Below, piece by piece: positions 39,191 to 53,289 of a stretch of DNA of 64,000 nucleotides. Origin of the DNA: Dipteris shenzhenensis (taxonomy: Eukaryota); assembly GCA_047967505.1 (NCBI GenBank), contig CM106538.1; one strand, written 5' to 3'. The notes under the pieces were generated by a model that did no database searches, had not been told where the DNA came from, and saw only the letters and a list, made by a program, of their open reading frames with translations. Made by a program: the position numbers and the translations under genes. Each line of letters begins with the position of its first letter. Position 1 is the first letter of the stretch.

Positions 39191-39835
39191 TTGCTATCTG
39201 TTTCTCTATTTTAAGTAGTCCAATTGTTAGAACTAAGGTGGTATTGTTGGTTTAGTACTAAATTGTCCTCTTGTAGTACTATGGATTTCCATGTTCAAAG
39301 TGGTGAGCATTTGGGGCATGGTATGAAATAGAATGTCTGCCTTGGTCTTGGGTGATTTGTAGACATTAAGTATAGCTATGGGTGGAGTTTCTTCTAAGGC
39401 CTTGTGTTCTAGAAATGCATTGGAAGTCAAGGAGGCATGTGTAAGTATAGCTATGGGGGGAGTTTTCCAAAAGAAAAATATAAAAAGTAAGCATTCAATG
39501 CCATCTTGGAAGCTATAGTACTCTCTCATACATTGGAGTTCATTTTTGTAATATGTCGCACTTCTAAGTCCTTGTGCTCTAGAAATGGATTGGAAGTCAA
39601 GGAGGCATGTGTTGTGTGTTAGAGCAACATACATTTCTTGTAAATAGAGGAATTTTTCTATGTGAATGATTTTACTAAAGAGGATGTGTGGATTTTGTGC
39701 AACAAATGACACAGTATTGAGAGATTGGAATGTCTACTCATAGTGCTTCCATGCAAAGAAGTCAATCTAGTCTAGTGACCAAAGAGATTGTAATTTTTGC
39801 CACTTGATTTCTTGAAGACTATCAACTCAACCTTA

Positions 39836-40870
39836 GCAAGCTTGTGTATATTCATTTCATACACATTACATGATACATCCTGTACAACATGACACCGCAT
39901 GATTAGAAAACTTATTAGTCAAGGTCTTGTTGGAAAAACTAGACCCTTGGCTAGTTTCTCCATGTAGAGGAAATAGTAGAGAGAAGGGAATGGTCTAATT
40001 CAAAACTTCAACTTTATGTGCCCACAAAATAGAACTCATAAGCAAAAAACTTAGGATATAGACAATAGTAGAACAATTCAAAAATGTCTCAAGACTATAT
40101 TGTACAAATATGAGCCAAACAATCTTATAGATGACTTAACCAAAGATCCCAAAACATGCAACAATATATTGCCCCTGATGCTATATGATGAGCACAAACT
40201 CTACTCCTACTTTGTCCTTACCTTTGGTTGCATGCTCGCAATTTAATACTACAATTTAATAAGCCAAATATTTAGGGTTCATAAGGAACTCACAAATGCT
40301 TTAAAGGCAAGCTTGTGTATAGTCATTTCATACACGTAGCATCCTGTATAAGATTCCATCACATGATAATAAATTATTAGTCAAGGTAGCAACAAGATCT
40401 TGTTAGAATAATTAGACCTTGGCTAGTTTCTGTACATAGTAAAAACAACAAATGGATAAGGTGTGTGCATGAGAAAAATCTTAGAATGACGGGAACATTG
40501 TAATTCAAGACTTCAATTTATGTGTCCATAAGATAGAATGCACAAGCACCAAACTTAGGAGATAGACAACAGTAACAATTCAAAAATTCCTTAAGAATAT
40601 ATTGCACAGATCTGAGCCAAACACTCTTACATAAGGATTTACCGAATTTCTCAAAATATGAAAAAATCTACTGCCTTAGATGCTCTATGGTGAGCACAAA
40701 CTCTACTCCTTGCTCGCATTGGTTGCATGCTTCTTCATGAGCTTTAGTAACCTTTTTTAGTGCAAGCTCCATGCTTCTTCATGAGATTTAGTAACCTTTT
40801 TAAGTGCAAGCTCCTTGCATGCTTCTTCATGAGCTTTAGTAACCTTTTTTAGTGCAAGCTCCTTGCACAA
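39836..40870. repeat. Diverged ~470-bp tandem duplication followed by 3 copies of a ~45-50-bp unit
   Basis: gcaagcttgtgtata.tcatttcatacac at 39836 and 40307; catgcttcttcatgagctttagtaacctttttagtgcaagctc x3 at ~40726-40861. Confidence 0.75.
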
Positions 40871-43800
40871 CACCCTCTTGTAGACATGTTCGCTGCTACT
40901 GGCTCTAGGTATGCACCAAGATCTAAGTGCTACTTATATTCTAAACTGTGTGTGAGAACTACTACTATTGCACTCATCCAATAGGTTAATAAGCCACACA
41001 CTAAAGTATAGTGGAATGCCTACTAGGGATGAAATTATCTTCTGCCCCCAAAACGGGGCCTTTAATAGAGGGATGGGAAGCCCCCTGACTAGACGAATTG
41101 GTCTGTAAGCCCATTGACCAATCTAGAGCCAATCTGTAAATAAATTGACATATGCCACAAGCCAACTGAGTTGGTCTCTACAGCTATAGACCTATTGCTG
41201 GATCTTCCTTCTATGTTATAAGATGTCTCCTATAGGCAAGTTTTGTGGCTATGTTCCAATCCACCTGACCTTTCCCAAAGCCTATCTAGGCCTTTCCAAT
41301 AGCCATAATTCTACTATGATTCCTTGGTGTGTGGTCTCTACTAGCTTCATTTGTAGCAGCCCACTACTAGCTCTTTCCTTAACACCTACAACACAGTCCT
41401 GCATAGTAGCCACAAAACTAATCCACACACCTTGTGAAGCTCAAAGAGGTCCTGCAAATGTCACCATACAGCTTGAGCCTCATGTCCTACATGCTATTCA
41501 CAGGTTTTCTTTCTTGTTGATCTTCTTCCCCCCTCTAATAGTGGACCATGTGGTAGCCCACATGGCAACTTAGAATGCTGCCCACGTGACTAACTTATGG
41601 ATGATCCCTTCCATAGAGATTAGCCCATGTGGCATCCAAACTTGATGCAAGCATCATAGACTCAAAACGGCCCAATTTTATAGTGGTACCATGTCCTTGT
41701 GCTCTCTTGATATGGGGGCCTATGTTGCTACTCATCCATTTAAAGGAGTTTGGGACTAATGATATTTCCCCAACTATAATCTACTACTATTAGGCTAGGT
41801 ATAGGTTGGAATGTCCCTTTCTATGCCAGAGCATCTCTTTAAAAACGTTTAAGGTATGTAGGTGCAGGAGATCATGGCACCATGATATCATATTCAGAGG
41901 TGTGAGGCATAGTAAAGCACAGGCAGCAGGGTGGGCTATTTGTATGAAAAAACTCATAGGTTGATAGCCTCTAGATTAGGTTGGTAGCATTTGGAGTTGC
42001 TTAAAGAGGCTAACATCATGGTGGACCAGCATAGAATAGGTCAATAGGAGTTTGAACAAGTGGAATAGGTTGGTAGTAGCTAGGGAAGTTGTAAGGAGCC
42101 AAAATAGGCCCAAGAGCTGGTTGGGTCTATTATAGACCCTTAGAACTGGATCATACCTTATTAGATCTCTATTACAGACCAATAGACTTGACCAGGTCAG
42201 TCCCAAACCAAGTTGGAAAAAAGGGTAGGGTGTAGCCTATAATAGAAGCCCTGGGCCCCCATGAAAACAATTTACCAAGTGCATACATATGTTCTACCAT
42301 AGGTTACCCTATCCTATGGGTGGTAGTTTAGCCTCACAAAGCTAGGCGCTTGCCATAACCTTCACAATAAGTGGATCAACTACTTAGAGCAGTGATTTGA
42401 TCCATTATAGGAGCGATTTGGTCAGTATAACAAGTATAAAGCATGTAGTCAGAAGAGCCATTCCCCTCCCACCTCAGAGTTCTTAGATTCTTGCCTAGAA
42501 AGTTTAGGAAGGCTTTGTTTTGTGGTACATGTACAATCAAGAAACACAACTATATCTCCATGTGATGAGCAGCTACTAAGAGAGATAATATAATGGACTC
42601 TGCATAGACCCTTGTGTGCCTCTTAGCTTCCATATGCCCCTATCCAAAAAGCATTATGATTGATTAGGGAGCTTGCATTGGCACACTATGCTTCTCCTCC
42701 ATTGACTACACAAGACATTGAGAGACCACGTCACTCATGTCTCAAAGTTCTTGTGTGGGTGATAGTTCAATTTGCAATAGGAAATGAGAACCATGTGCAA
42801 ATAGTGGTTTTCTATTATATAATGTTGTATCCTCTTCTTAATGTCACAAGCTCCTACACATGAGGTGCAACTTGGTTCTATGCTATGCATTCCACTTTTG
42901 CGCAATGTTGTAATTCGAAGGGGGGCTTAGTGGCATGTGAAATGCTATGTGGAAGATATATTGCATTCCTTGATGCCCCTATTCCTAAATTGGATCACTA
43001 CTAGCCACCTTGCATTGAATCAATCAACTTTCTCTCATGCACTATCTAAGAGGCAATTTCCTTGCATTGAGGATTACATGGTCAGTACAAAATCACTAAT
43101 CCACCTCCCTTATCATACCCCTATCTCTAAGTGCTCATGAAACATCAAATGGGCACAATAATTCCAATGATATAAAAGTACAAATTAGCCATTCATGAGG
43201 TCAAAATTCAACAAGATTTTCAGCTATAAGATTTGGTCCTAGAAGCAACTTGCTACCCTAGAAGATAGCCAAAAAATGAAGAATTTTCAGCTCTTTGATC
43301 CCTATAATAGCCACCTCCCTTTTGCTGCACGTGTGTGCTCCAATAAATGAAGTTGAGAGATGCTCTTTGCAGCTCCAACCTACTTCAAATTTTATGTAGG
43401 GATGAACTCCCAAAGGACTCTTTTTATAGGGGCCTATAGCCCAACATTTGGTAAACCCAATAGCCTAGAATGGTCATCGAAGTGGCCCCACCCACTTGAC
43501 ATATTGGTATGTGGGGGCCAACTTGGTTGGATGGCCCTAACTTGCATTTGCTAACCCACTTGGCCATGTAGCTAGTTACGAATGTCCCAGCCCATATCAT
43601 CTTCTGGCTTTTTTGTTGGCCTGGGATTGTTAAACTAATAGTTGCATATTTCCCTTGGCATCTCTGCATACTTCTCAACTTGTTCCAACCTTGAAATCAC
43701 TACTCCCTCTCCATCGAGTATTGCTACAAGCACTGGTACAAATTATTGTGTAGGTGCCTACAATCCCAAATAGTTCTTGACCATCCCAATTTGCTACATC

Positions 43801-45539
43801 TAAATTTATCTACTCCAAAATGTCAGCCTCTTGATCTCCTCTAGATTGCTTCAACCAGTCCATACTTGGCCACTTTTCTACTTCGTACCAAATCTCTCCA
43901 CCAGGACCTCTACTCATGGCAAGGTATTCTTTTGATTATAGCACCCACATGGCAACCTTATGTGCTGCCGATGTGGTAGCCCCTTTTCTTGTGTTTTCTT
44001 TATCTATATGCTTCCCACATGATAACAAATGTGTTGCCCATGTGGTAGCTCTATATTCCATGTCAGATCCACCCATGTAGCATCCCAAAACAATGCCCAC
44101 ATGTCATCTAACATACACAAGTATGCCTACCCTTTGATATCCTCTATTTGGGGATGATAGATGGGGAGGTGACCACACACTAACAAGACCTACCATAACG
44201 TAGCTTGGTAGCTTGGTCAGTTGTTTAATAGAACTTTGGTAAGCTAGCCTTTGAGGCCTAGAGGGCCAGACTTGGAGGGAGTACTTGTGTAAGGTTCTCT
44301 TGCACGAGATTGATTGCTCATTGCATGAGGTCTGAGTGTCCATGAGAGTAACACATGTCCCTTTGGTTCAAAGTCCTTCCTTTGGTTTGCATTTGTTCCA
44401 GTGCAGTGCATAGGGTAGACAATCAATTAGCAATCATTGTGTTCTAGCATGCTATCAAGGTCAAGAGTGGTATATGCCTGATCTTCTAAGAGATGAATCC
44501 AAGAACACGTCCAAACTCATGATCTAAAACAATGATGGTGTCATCTACAAGGTTGAAAACCAAAACTCTTATGAAGCATAGCATAAACTAGCTACTATGA
44601 CATCTCCATAGACGGCATCAACACCTAAAATTGAGTTCAATTCCAAAAGAAGGTAGTTGTGGGCAGCCAACAACAACAAGAGAGCAGAGAGCAGCTTATA
44701 GACAAGATTGTGGAGAGGATAAAAAGGCCTTAGAGAGGATAGAATAGAACCTTAGATAAATTGAGCAGCCTTGGAGAAGATGGAGAAGAAGAGTAGATTA
44801 GATTCTTGGTGGTGGAACGGAGCATAGCATAATAGGAGAATGCTTTCTTACTTCAATTTCCCCCCCAAAACCTTGCCCTTTGGGATCCCAAAAATCCCCA
44901 CCCTTTTCCCCCCTTGCACTAATCACATTTTGAGGTTGATCTTGCCCCTAATAAGCCCTCCTCCCCACAACTCTTAGACCAAATAGTTTAAGTCATAAAT
45001 CAGGTCCCCTTTGATTCACCATCAAACACTACATTTGCTCTAGTTGTATCTCCAAGCCTTATGGTTAAATGGAAAGGCATGCAAGAAAAGACAGAGAAAG
45101 AAACCAAAAGGTTGAGGTAACAATTTATGTCCCTTATACACTAGAAATGTATAAATGTATTCTAACATTAGATTTAACCTAAACCTTTTGGATCCTACAC
45201 CATATTGTTGTGGACTATCTATTTTTTATATAAATATGACCCTAAACCTTTTGACACCTCATAATGTCTAACCCAACATGAACCGCCAACCAGGTCACAC
45301 ATGGTGCAACATGTCATAACATTCATGTACATAGCAATGTGGAAATTGAGTGGATCTAGATGCTAGCTTTTACCTCTTGCATAAAATTTGGTCTAATGAT
45401 TTATAAACAATTTTATGTTCCCTTTTAGAATGCCTTTACAATCTAATTTTTTCAAGCTTTAGGTTCACTAATGAACATTTCATTTACATGTCAAGATTTG
45501 TGGATACATCCATGACCTCTCAAACAATGGAATAAATTG

Positions 45540-46685
45540 CCTTAATGTAAAAAAAGTGACACAACCAAAAAAGCTACTAGTGTGTGGGTGTTTTCTACTT
45601 TTGAATAAGATCATGATAAAAACTACCCCCACAAATGCTTTTGACTTTGTAGCTATTATAAATTCCAAAGCTTTAGGTTAAGAGTCCTAAGGGAGGTACA
45701 AGAGTCCTTTGAAAAACTTCAATGATTAGCAATTTTTAGAGATGGAAGTTGACATAGGAAATCATAAATTTCAAACATCATTTTAAATGCTAAGTTAAAT
45801 GAATCCATTTACATAGTAAAAATGGAGTCTAAGGACATCCTCAAAACATAAAAAGCTAGAGTCCAATGATTTTCATCCAAACTAGAGATCAATATCTGCA
45901 AGAAAGCATAGCATTAGGGTGCTTTCCCTTCTCAGTGAACACACTAAGATCATCCAAGAAGTTTCTCACAAAGTTCGTTAAGTATTCTTCAAAGATCTCC
46001 TACATGGCATGCTAAAACATGGATGGCGCCATAATTTCTTGAGCAGCGTATCATTTTGATTGTCTTTCTCCTCTTCATAGTCTTCAAATCTGACGTCTTT
46101 CCACGAACCTTCCATGGCGCTTGATTGTGTGTCCTTTCCGGATCTCAACAAAAGCATACACTCGTGGTAATATAGACCGAAGCTCAGATACCAATGTAAC
46201 ATGCGGGGACTAGCTGAGTGGAAACATAGACGAACATGTAGGAGAACTCAAGAAAATGTACTACGACATGCGGGAGATGGAACTATGCTGCGAAAATAGG
46301 ACACCAAAACCTCGCACATATGCTGGCTGGAAGCGCTGCTAGAGGCTGAGAGCTGAGTCCTGAACTGAGGAAGGCTGATTGAGTGAAAAGGGGGGCTGAA
46401 GGCCCCTTATAAAGGGTTGGGAACCAGCCAACCTTGGGCCAGCACAACTGACTGGGCTAGTTGGTTTTGGCCAACCAGGCTGCTGAACCTTGCCTATAAA
46501 ATTAGGCCCTTTTGGGCCCTTTCAGGAAGGCCATGGGGCTGCGTATGCAGGGTGCCCCTCTTACCCTCCTTCCACACTGTGTGCTGCTCTAATCTCATTG
46601 TAGCCGTTGTATCCATCTCGAAAGGAATAGACTTCATGCCCTGCCACCTCATCAAGCATAGAATTCATATATGGGAGTGGTTACA
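45540..46685 (-). mobile_element. 5' LTR (46195-46685), tRNA-iMet PBS and degraded gag start of an LTR retrotransposon
   Basis: TGTAAC...GTTACA termini; minus strand TGGTATCTGAGC at 46182-46193; downstream frame MEGSWKDVRFEDY. Confidence 0.8.
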
Positions 46686-46900
46686 ATAGCTGCATTGAGT
46701 TTGCGGTAGTCCACACAGAACTGTAGCTTTTTGTTCTTCTTTAGCATGATAATTATTGGAGAAATACACTCCGATTTTTCAATGGGTGTGATGAATCCCA
46801 CCTGCAATAGTCACTCTAATTTAGTCTTCACCAGCTATGCAATGCAAGGGTTCATGTAGTATCATTGCATTTTAGTTGGTGTGGCATCCTTCTTTAGATT
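46686..46900 (-). mobile_element. Gypsy RT N-terminal fragment cut by the adjacent LTR
   Basis: GFITPIEKSECISPIIIMLKKNKKLQFCVDYRKLNAA. Confidence 0.8.
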
Positions 46901-47589
46901 CGCACGGTGTTGGTTAAACTTCAAGACATAGTGCGGTGGCTGATAATTAACGGTGGAATCTTAGCCACCACCACAGACATGGCTGGTAATCTTAGATGCC
47001 ACCTTAGAGCCACCCCCACTGGTTGCAACCAACGGCGAAAGGTGGCAACAATTACCATACAAACGTTAATCATGAAGCTTGATAACCCTTAATCACTCAT
47101 TACCATGCACTCTACTAAGAATGGAAGCCCAGTGAGACTGGTAATTAACTAAACTCTACTGATCATGCAAGCCCGATCATGATAACTAGTAGATGAGTAA
47201 TTGTGGTCCATTGCGATGGCTAGTAATTAACTACTAGCCAGATGGAATCTTATCCGCCACCACAAACGTGACTGGTAATCTTAGATGCTACCTCAGTGAA
47301 ATCTTATCCACCACCATTAGCGGAATGTGGTAGTAATTACCACTAACGTAAATCATGAATCTTAATCACCATTATGAAAGTGCTCTCAATGGAAGTGGAA
47401 CGAAAGAGGGTGAGAGAGAGGGAGAGCTAGAAGAGAGCCACATAAATTTTGGTGGGTGCAAAACACCCTAATCTTCTATATCATCCATATATATATATGT
47501 GTTTGTTTGAGCAATGTACATAACTGGGGTTAAGGCGAGGCAAGCCCCAAGTTTAATTATATGTTGCATTTGAATGGTTGAGCTCCAAA

Positions 47590-50500
47590 TGTAAAGGAGT
47601 TTAAGGCTAGGAATAATCTCCCTTAGGAATCCTCAAAAACTATCTTCAACATGCAAAGATCTACATGCAATTCCTATAAGCGTGTCCTACATCCAACTCC
47701 TACATGCACGTTCTACATGTATGCAAGTCCTACATGCAAGTTCTATGTGCAACTCCTACATGCATGTTCTACATAGAAGTGCTACATGCAACTCCTATAT
47801 GCATGTTCTACATGCAACTCCTACATGTAGTTCCTACATGCAACGTACAACTTTGACATGCAACATGCAACTCCTCAATGCAATTTCTAGATGCAAGTTA
47901 TGCATGTAGAGAAAGAATGTCTTACAACTCCTACATGCAGAGAGAGAAGCTCTCCAACTTATATAAATACCCCATGTAATGGAATGAAGCCCACATCCTT
48001 TGGGACATTGTGTTGAGTTCTAGTTTTGTATTCCAAGTAATTGTCCCCAAGTATCCATGCTTCCTTGCACTCCACCTCCAAAAGCATGTCCTAACCTTGC
48101 AACTCCTTGTCCCCTCTCCTCCAAACTTGCAACCCCTCCTCTCCCTCTCCTTCTCCAAACTTCTCTTCTCCCTCTCCTTCTCCCTTCTCCTCCCTCTCCT
48201 CCTCCCTCCTCCTCTCTACTCCTCTCCCATGCTCTTACACCTTCTTCATCTCCCACTCCTATGCTCCCCCTAAACCCTTAGTCCCTCAACCTTTGACCTT
48301 CATGATCTATAAGGAACGGATGCTTTGCCTTATATTCTACTCTGAACCTTGGATCCTCCTTCTAACCCTTAAACTCCTTCTGAACCTTGGAACCTCTCTA
48401 CATCTTGAAACCCCTTCTAAACCTTGGAACCTCTTCTAAACCCTGAACCTCCCTCTAACCCTTAAACTCTTTCTAAACCTTTAAACCCCCAATGGAGGCA
48501 AAAGCCTTCATTACCCCAACCATGATGATGCACGTTCCTTTCATACAAACATGCGGGATGTTTCCTTACCACATTTAAGCTTACATCTCTCATCGGAATA
48601 CGACCCGAGGTCCTCAGCTACACTTATACTACAAACGACACCGATATATCTGTAGGTGACAAAAAGCCTCGGAACCCCGCATGCTAAGAATACCTTACTC
48701 TTCCTGCGAAAGCCGTGGAAAAGATAACAGTTGGCACCGTTGCTGAGGAGACTAGCATCTTAAGTAATGAGTAAGCATACACAAGTATGTGTAAAGGGAA
48801 AACTACCTTGAACTATCACAGTCATATTACTCAAGGGCTAGGAGAGTGAAAATTTTTCCAAAAGTATCAAACCCAAGCATCAACCTTGGGTTATTATCTT
48901 TATTAAATTTTTATTTCTAAAAAAGAAACCACTTGAAAAAAAAATCAGGTTATCTAATGGACACCAATCTGTAGAGCTCACAATTTCAAGCATTTTACCT
49001 TTTTATAGAAGAGCGATCCGAGCAAACCATTAAAAGTCATGGTACGGGAAGGTTCTAGGGTTTATACCAAACCCTAAACCCCTCCCTCCTCCATTCCTAT
49101 AAAAACCCACTCCATCCCCTCATTCTTCTTCTTTCACATCTAGCCTCGATCCTCGTTCTCATTTTGAGCCCTACCGAAGACCCTGATCCCTCTCCATTGA
49201 CCACCATCCTACTCCCATCCTCATCGTCGAATTGCTTTGAGTGCTTCTCGTAGCGATAACCTAGCCATCCACCCACCCACCGACGACCACCACTCCCTTC
49301 AAAACCACACACCTTTAAAAAAAGAGAGGTGTTAACCTTAACTTAACCACTAACTCTAGTTAAGTTAATTGCCACTACATTAGGTTAACTGCCACTAGTT
49401 AGGTTAATTGCCACTAGTTAGGTTAATTGCCACTAGGCTAGATCAACTATTGCTAGGTTAGGCTAATTGCTATTAGGTTAGGTTAACTAGCTTAGTTGTC
49501 ATTAGGTTAGTGTAACTGATAGATAGGTTAGGTTAGACTAAGTTAGGTTACAATAATAGATAGTTACTCTAACTAACGGCTACTCTAACTAATAGTTACT
49601 CTAATCAATAATTATAGTAATTGGCTCATTAAAGTAATTGGATGCTTAGGGCAACTAGCTAGTTAGACTACCCTAGTCCAATTCCCTCAAATATTAGGCC
49701 CATTCACACCACACTTTTGGCCAAAGGATCCCCCCATCCCAAAAAAAGGCCTCATTTTGACCCACATTTGACCCTCCATAACTCACTTGTTTGGTGGTTG
49801 AATTGAACCCAGTTTGAACCACTGTTTTGCACATGGAAACATCACACTACAAGGCATTTTTTCAGTCCATTTTACACCATTTCATCATCCCTAGCACTTG
49901 TTGATTTGTGTCCTTGTGTGGGTCCCCTTTTGCACTAATTCACTCATAAATTTCCACCATGACCTCCGATTGATGATTCGTCTACACATGCACATTTTTG
50001 CACTCACATGGGACCATCCTAGGCACATTATTAACACAACGGTCCCTACCACACTAGTGCATCTCTAACCTCCCTAACACACCTACATCAACACCCACAC
50101 TTGTGAAAGAGGCACCCGCTCCACCTCTTGACAAATCTGCATGCAACTATGCTCCAACCAATGCCCTCGACAACCCTCTGCTCCAAATTCTCCCCTTGAA
50201 ATTGAGCCAATCCCTTTGACTCCTCCAAGACACAAAAAGGGAATTGTCATCGCGATGATGGTGACATTGACCAGGAGGCATATGCCGACAGTTTCTTTAA
50301 CCCTCGCAACAATTTTGGCCACAATAATAACAATCAAAGTAGGCAACCCTTGGGCAAACTCCAACTTCCCAAATACAATGGACAGGGTGATCCAGCAAGA
50401 TTCCTCCAGCATTTTGATGCTGCATGCCGAGCTGGAGGAGATAAATCCCCATGAAACCAAGGTCGCATGCTTAACCGATGAAGCCTCAGAATGGTACCTA

Positions 50501-52475
50501 GATCTCCTAGTGGAAGAAAGAGCCATATGGGACCTACTACAAACTAAATTCAAGATGCACTTTCAAATGAAGAGACTACAAGATGATTCCACTCTCCAAC
50601 CAAGAAAGCTCAAACAAGGTCAGCGAGAGAAGATGTACGCATGTACTTGGGCAAGATGAAATGCTTAATTGCCAAATGTGAACCACATCCCAATGATAAA
50701 TACCTCACGGCCTAGTTCATTGTAAGCCTAAGGAAGAAAATCTGTAAAGACATGAAAAAGATTAGCAGTTACGAAACATTCAATGCTGCTCATGCGACAA
50801 CCATTGACATCGAGGATGGCATGACAGACTTTGACACCAGCACTGATGATGGAAGAGCCAATGCATGAGATCATAAGTGCTCTAAAAAGGAAAAATCCAA
50901 GTCCACTATAGAAAGGTATAATGAAGATCGCCTAGAGGCCATGACCATGAAGCTAAGAGAAGAAATGATGCATGTCATGGAACAAAAGCTTCACATGTCT
51001 TAGCTGCTACCTCAAACTTATCCACAGTGAGAAAATGTATGGTGTCCACACTGCATGGCCAATCATATAACAAATGAATGCCTCCTCCTAAGAGCCATGA
51101 TCAATGCACAAGCCAATCCACCACCAAGGTGGTGGTGTCACATCTACGTAGTCGGTGGGAATGATGAAAATAGTTGCATCTTTCACAAGCACCCCTAGCT
51201 CCAAGACTGAATCATGTTCCTGTCCGGACCCAAGTCCCACAATTACTTAGGAATACAAATCCATGACCATATCCAAGAGCACCAAATCTAGCTCCTCTGA
51301 TGGCTCCAATACAACAACTTCAAGCCGGAGGAGGTGGATTCACAATTCGAGTATGAAGTTGAGTACCCAGTGTACTATGTGGAAGGAGCGGAAGGTTTAA
51401 TACCTGTCTATGCAAATCAAGTTTTTCCCAACAAATATCGAGTGCCAATCAAGTGCTGCTGTTTGGAGAGAATCATCGGATCACAGAGTGTCCTCATCGT
51501 GGTAGCCCCACTACTTTTCAACCATTCAACCACACTGTAGAGATTGTGGCATTAGACATGCATGTATGGATTGCCCCATGAAAAATAAGGTCCCACAACA
51601 AAATGAGGCTAAGCTTGATGTCCCAATCAACATTATTGGGATAGACCATCAAAGTCTAGGACCGGCAAGCATATTATCATAACCCATGAATGTAATTACA
51701 TGCCAAGGGTCCTAATATTACAATTCAATCAAGGGTCTTAATATTCCAATTCAATCAAGAAGACCTCTGCAAAAGAAAGCACAAGTGGTTATAACTCTGA
51801 GCCCAAGCAATGAACAACCAAGCTCATTCACATCAGCTTCTGATCCTCAAATAAAAGAAGCTCCATATCCTAACGCAAAAATGGAGGAGGATCAATTTCA
51901 AGCACTTCAACAATGGGTGCAAAAAGAACAAGCTCAATTCGAGGCTGAGAAGCAAACACAAGATCCAATCCCTAACTTGGTGAGGGCCCCAGCAAGTATC
52001 GACATTGTCCTCGAGCCTTTGTTCCAGCAAACAATAAGATCCACAACATAATGTACCAGCATGCCAACTTGAAGGTGCCACACTCTCTAGCATTCTAAGT
52101 TGCCTAGTGTCAATTACCATTGGGATCCTCTTACAAAATTGTTCCCATCTCTGGGAGAGTTTCAAAGGATGGATTGAATTAGTAAATCCCCCTCTACCTA
52201 TGGAATACATAGAAGATATCCCTGTGCAGATGCGTGAGAGAGATGACATACACAACATCACCATGTCTTTGATCCATAAAGCATATGATGCAGTTCATGC
52301 CATAGTGGATGGTGGTGTAGTTGTGAATGTCATATCCAAGGAGCTCTATGATGAATGGGGTCTCCCACCAATGCAAAATGCTAACTTCAACACACGCCTT
52401 GCAGATGATTCATGTGCAAAGCCCTTGGGAATAGTGAATGGACTGTCAACAAAAGTCACAGGAGTCCACTTTTCT
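47590..52475 (+). mobile_element. Gypsy family B 5' portion: LTR 47590-48729, PBS, leader, gag, protease; truncated
   Basis: TGTAAAGG...GATAACA; PBS TGGCACCGTTGCTGAGGA resembles the tRNA-Asp-type TGGCGCCGTTGCCGGGGA of Athila-like elements; gag GKLQLPKYNGQGDP; protease IVDGGVVVNV. Confidence 0.85.
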
Positions 52476-52479
52476 CTAG

Positions 52480-52709
52480 TCTTGGATTCCAATTTTTATA
52501 GACTCTTAGAAATCAAATTGAAGTTAAACTCTTAGACATTTACAAGTCTTGGATTCCAATTTCCATATTTTGATTTCTAAGTTGTGTTAGATTTTTGAAG
52601 TTGGCATGTCCATATATTTTATGCCATAATTTTGAAAGCTCATTTGCAACCTCCTGACATAGATTGATAGCATTGAATGATGATCTAGTACTGATGCTAG
52701 CATTATATA
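52480..52709 (-). mobile_element. Copia GAG-pre-integrase fragment (target of the CACAA element; continues after 60036)
   Basis: KLWHKIYGHANF motif; the reading frame rejoins across the TSD (IKGGSFY|NASIST). Confidence 0.65.
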
Positions 52710-53289
52710 CACAACAAGACAAAGCACCCATAGACATGCGCACAGACGCGTTTCGTGAACTAAATAAAAAACTTACGGGCGCGTCTATTTTTGTGTCTGG
52801 AGACCCGCGTCTAATTGCGCGTCTATATATCAGACACACATGCATATAGACGAGCAGTTAGATGCATACATAGACGTGCTTATAAACACGTTTATAGATG
52901 CACATATAGACACAAGTTGAACAGACAGACATGTATATAAACACGTTTTTAAACGCACTGATAGACGTGCTTTATTTTTTTATTTTTTATTTTACAAAAT
53001 ACTGTGTATGTTGTGTATGCTATATAGTTACAAGAATCCCATATCCACATTGTGTAATTCAATTCTTACAGCCAACCGCATTTTAATTACAATTCCAAAT
53101 AAAACATTACAACTCCAAAATGCAATAAAATTGAAAGCTCAAAAAGTGCTTGTATATACATATAGCACGAAGCTAAGCCATGTCATGTGGCTTCAAGTAC
53201 AAAAAATAAGAGGAGTGTATATACAAGAGGCACAAAGCCAAGCCAGTGGCTTTAAGTACAAAAAAGAGTAGCTAGCAATACTTATATGA

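Noticed and set aside
41000-45000. Possible old retrotransposon remnants or host gene
   Set aside because: Only weak repeated motifs (cccacatggcaac, catgtggtagc) and no convincing protein motif or exon structure; left unannotated.
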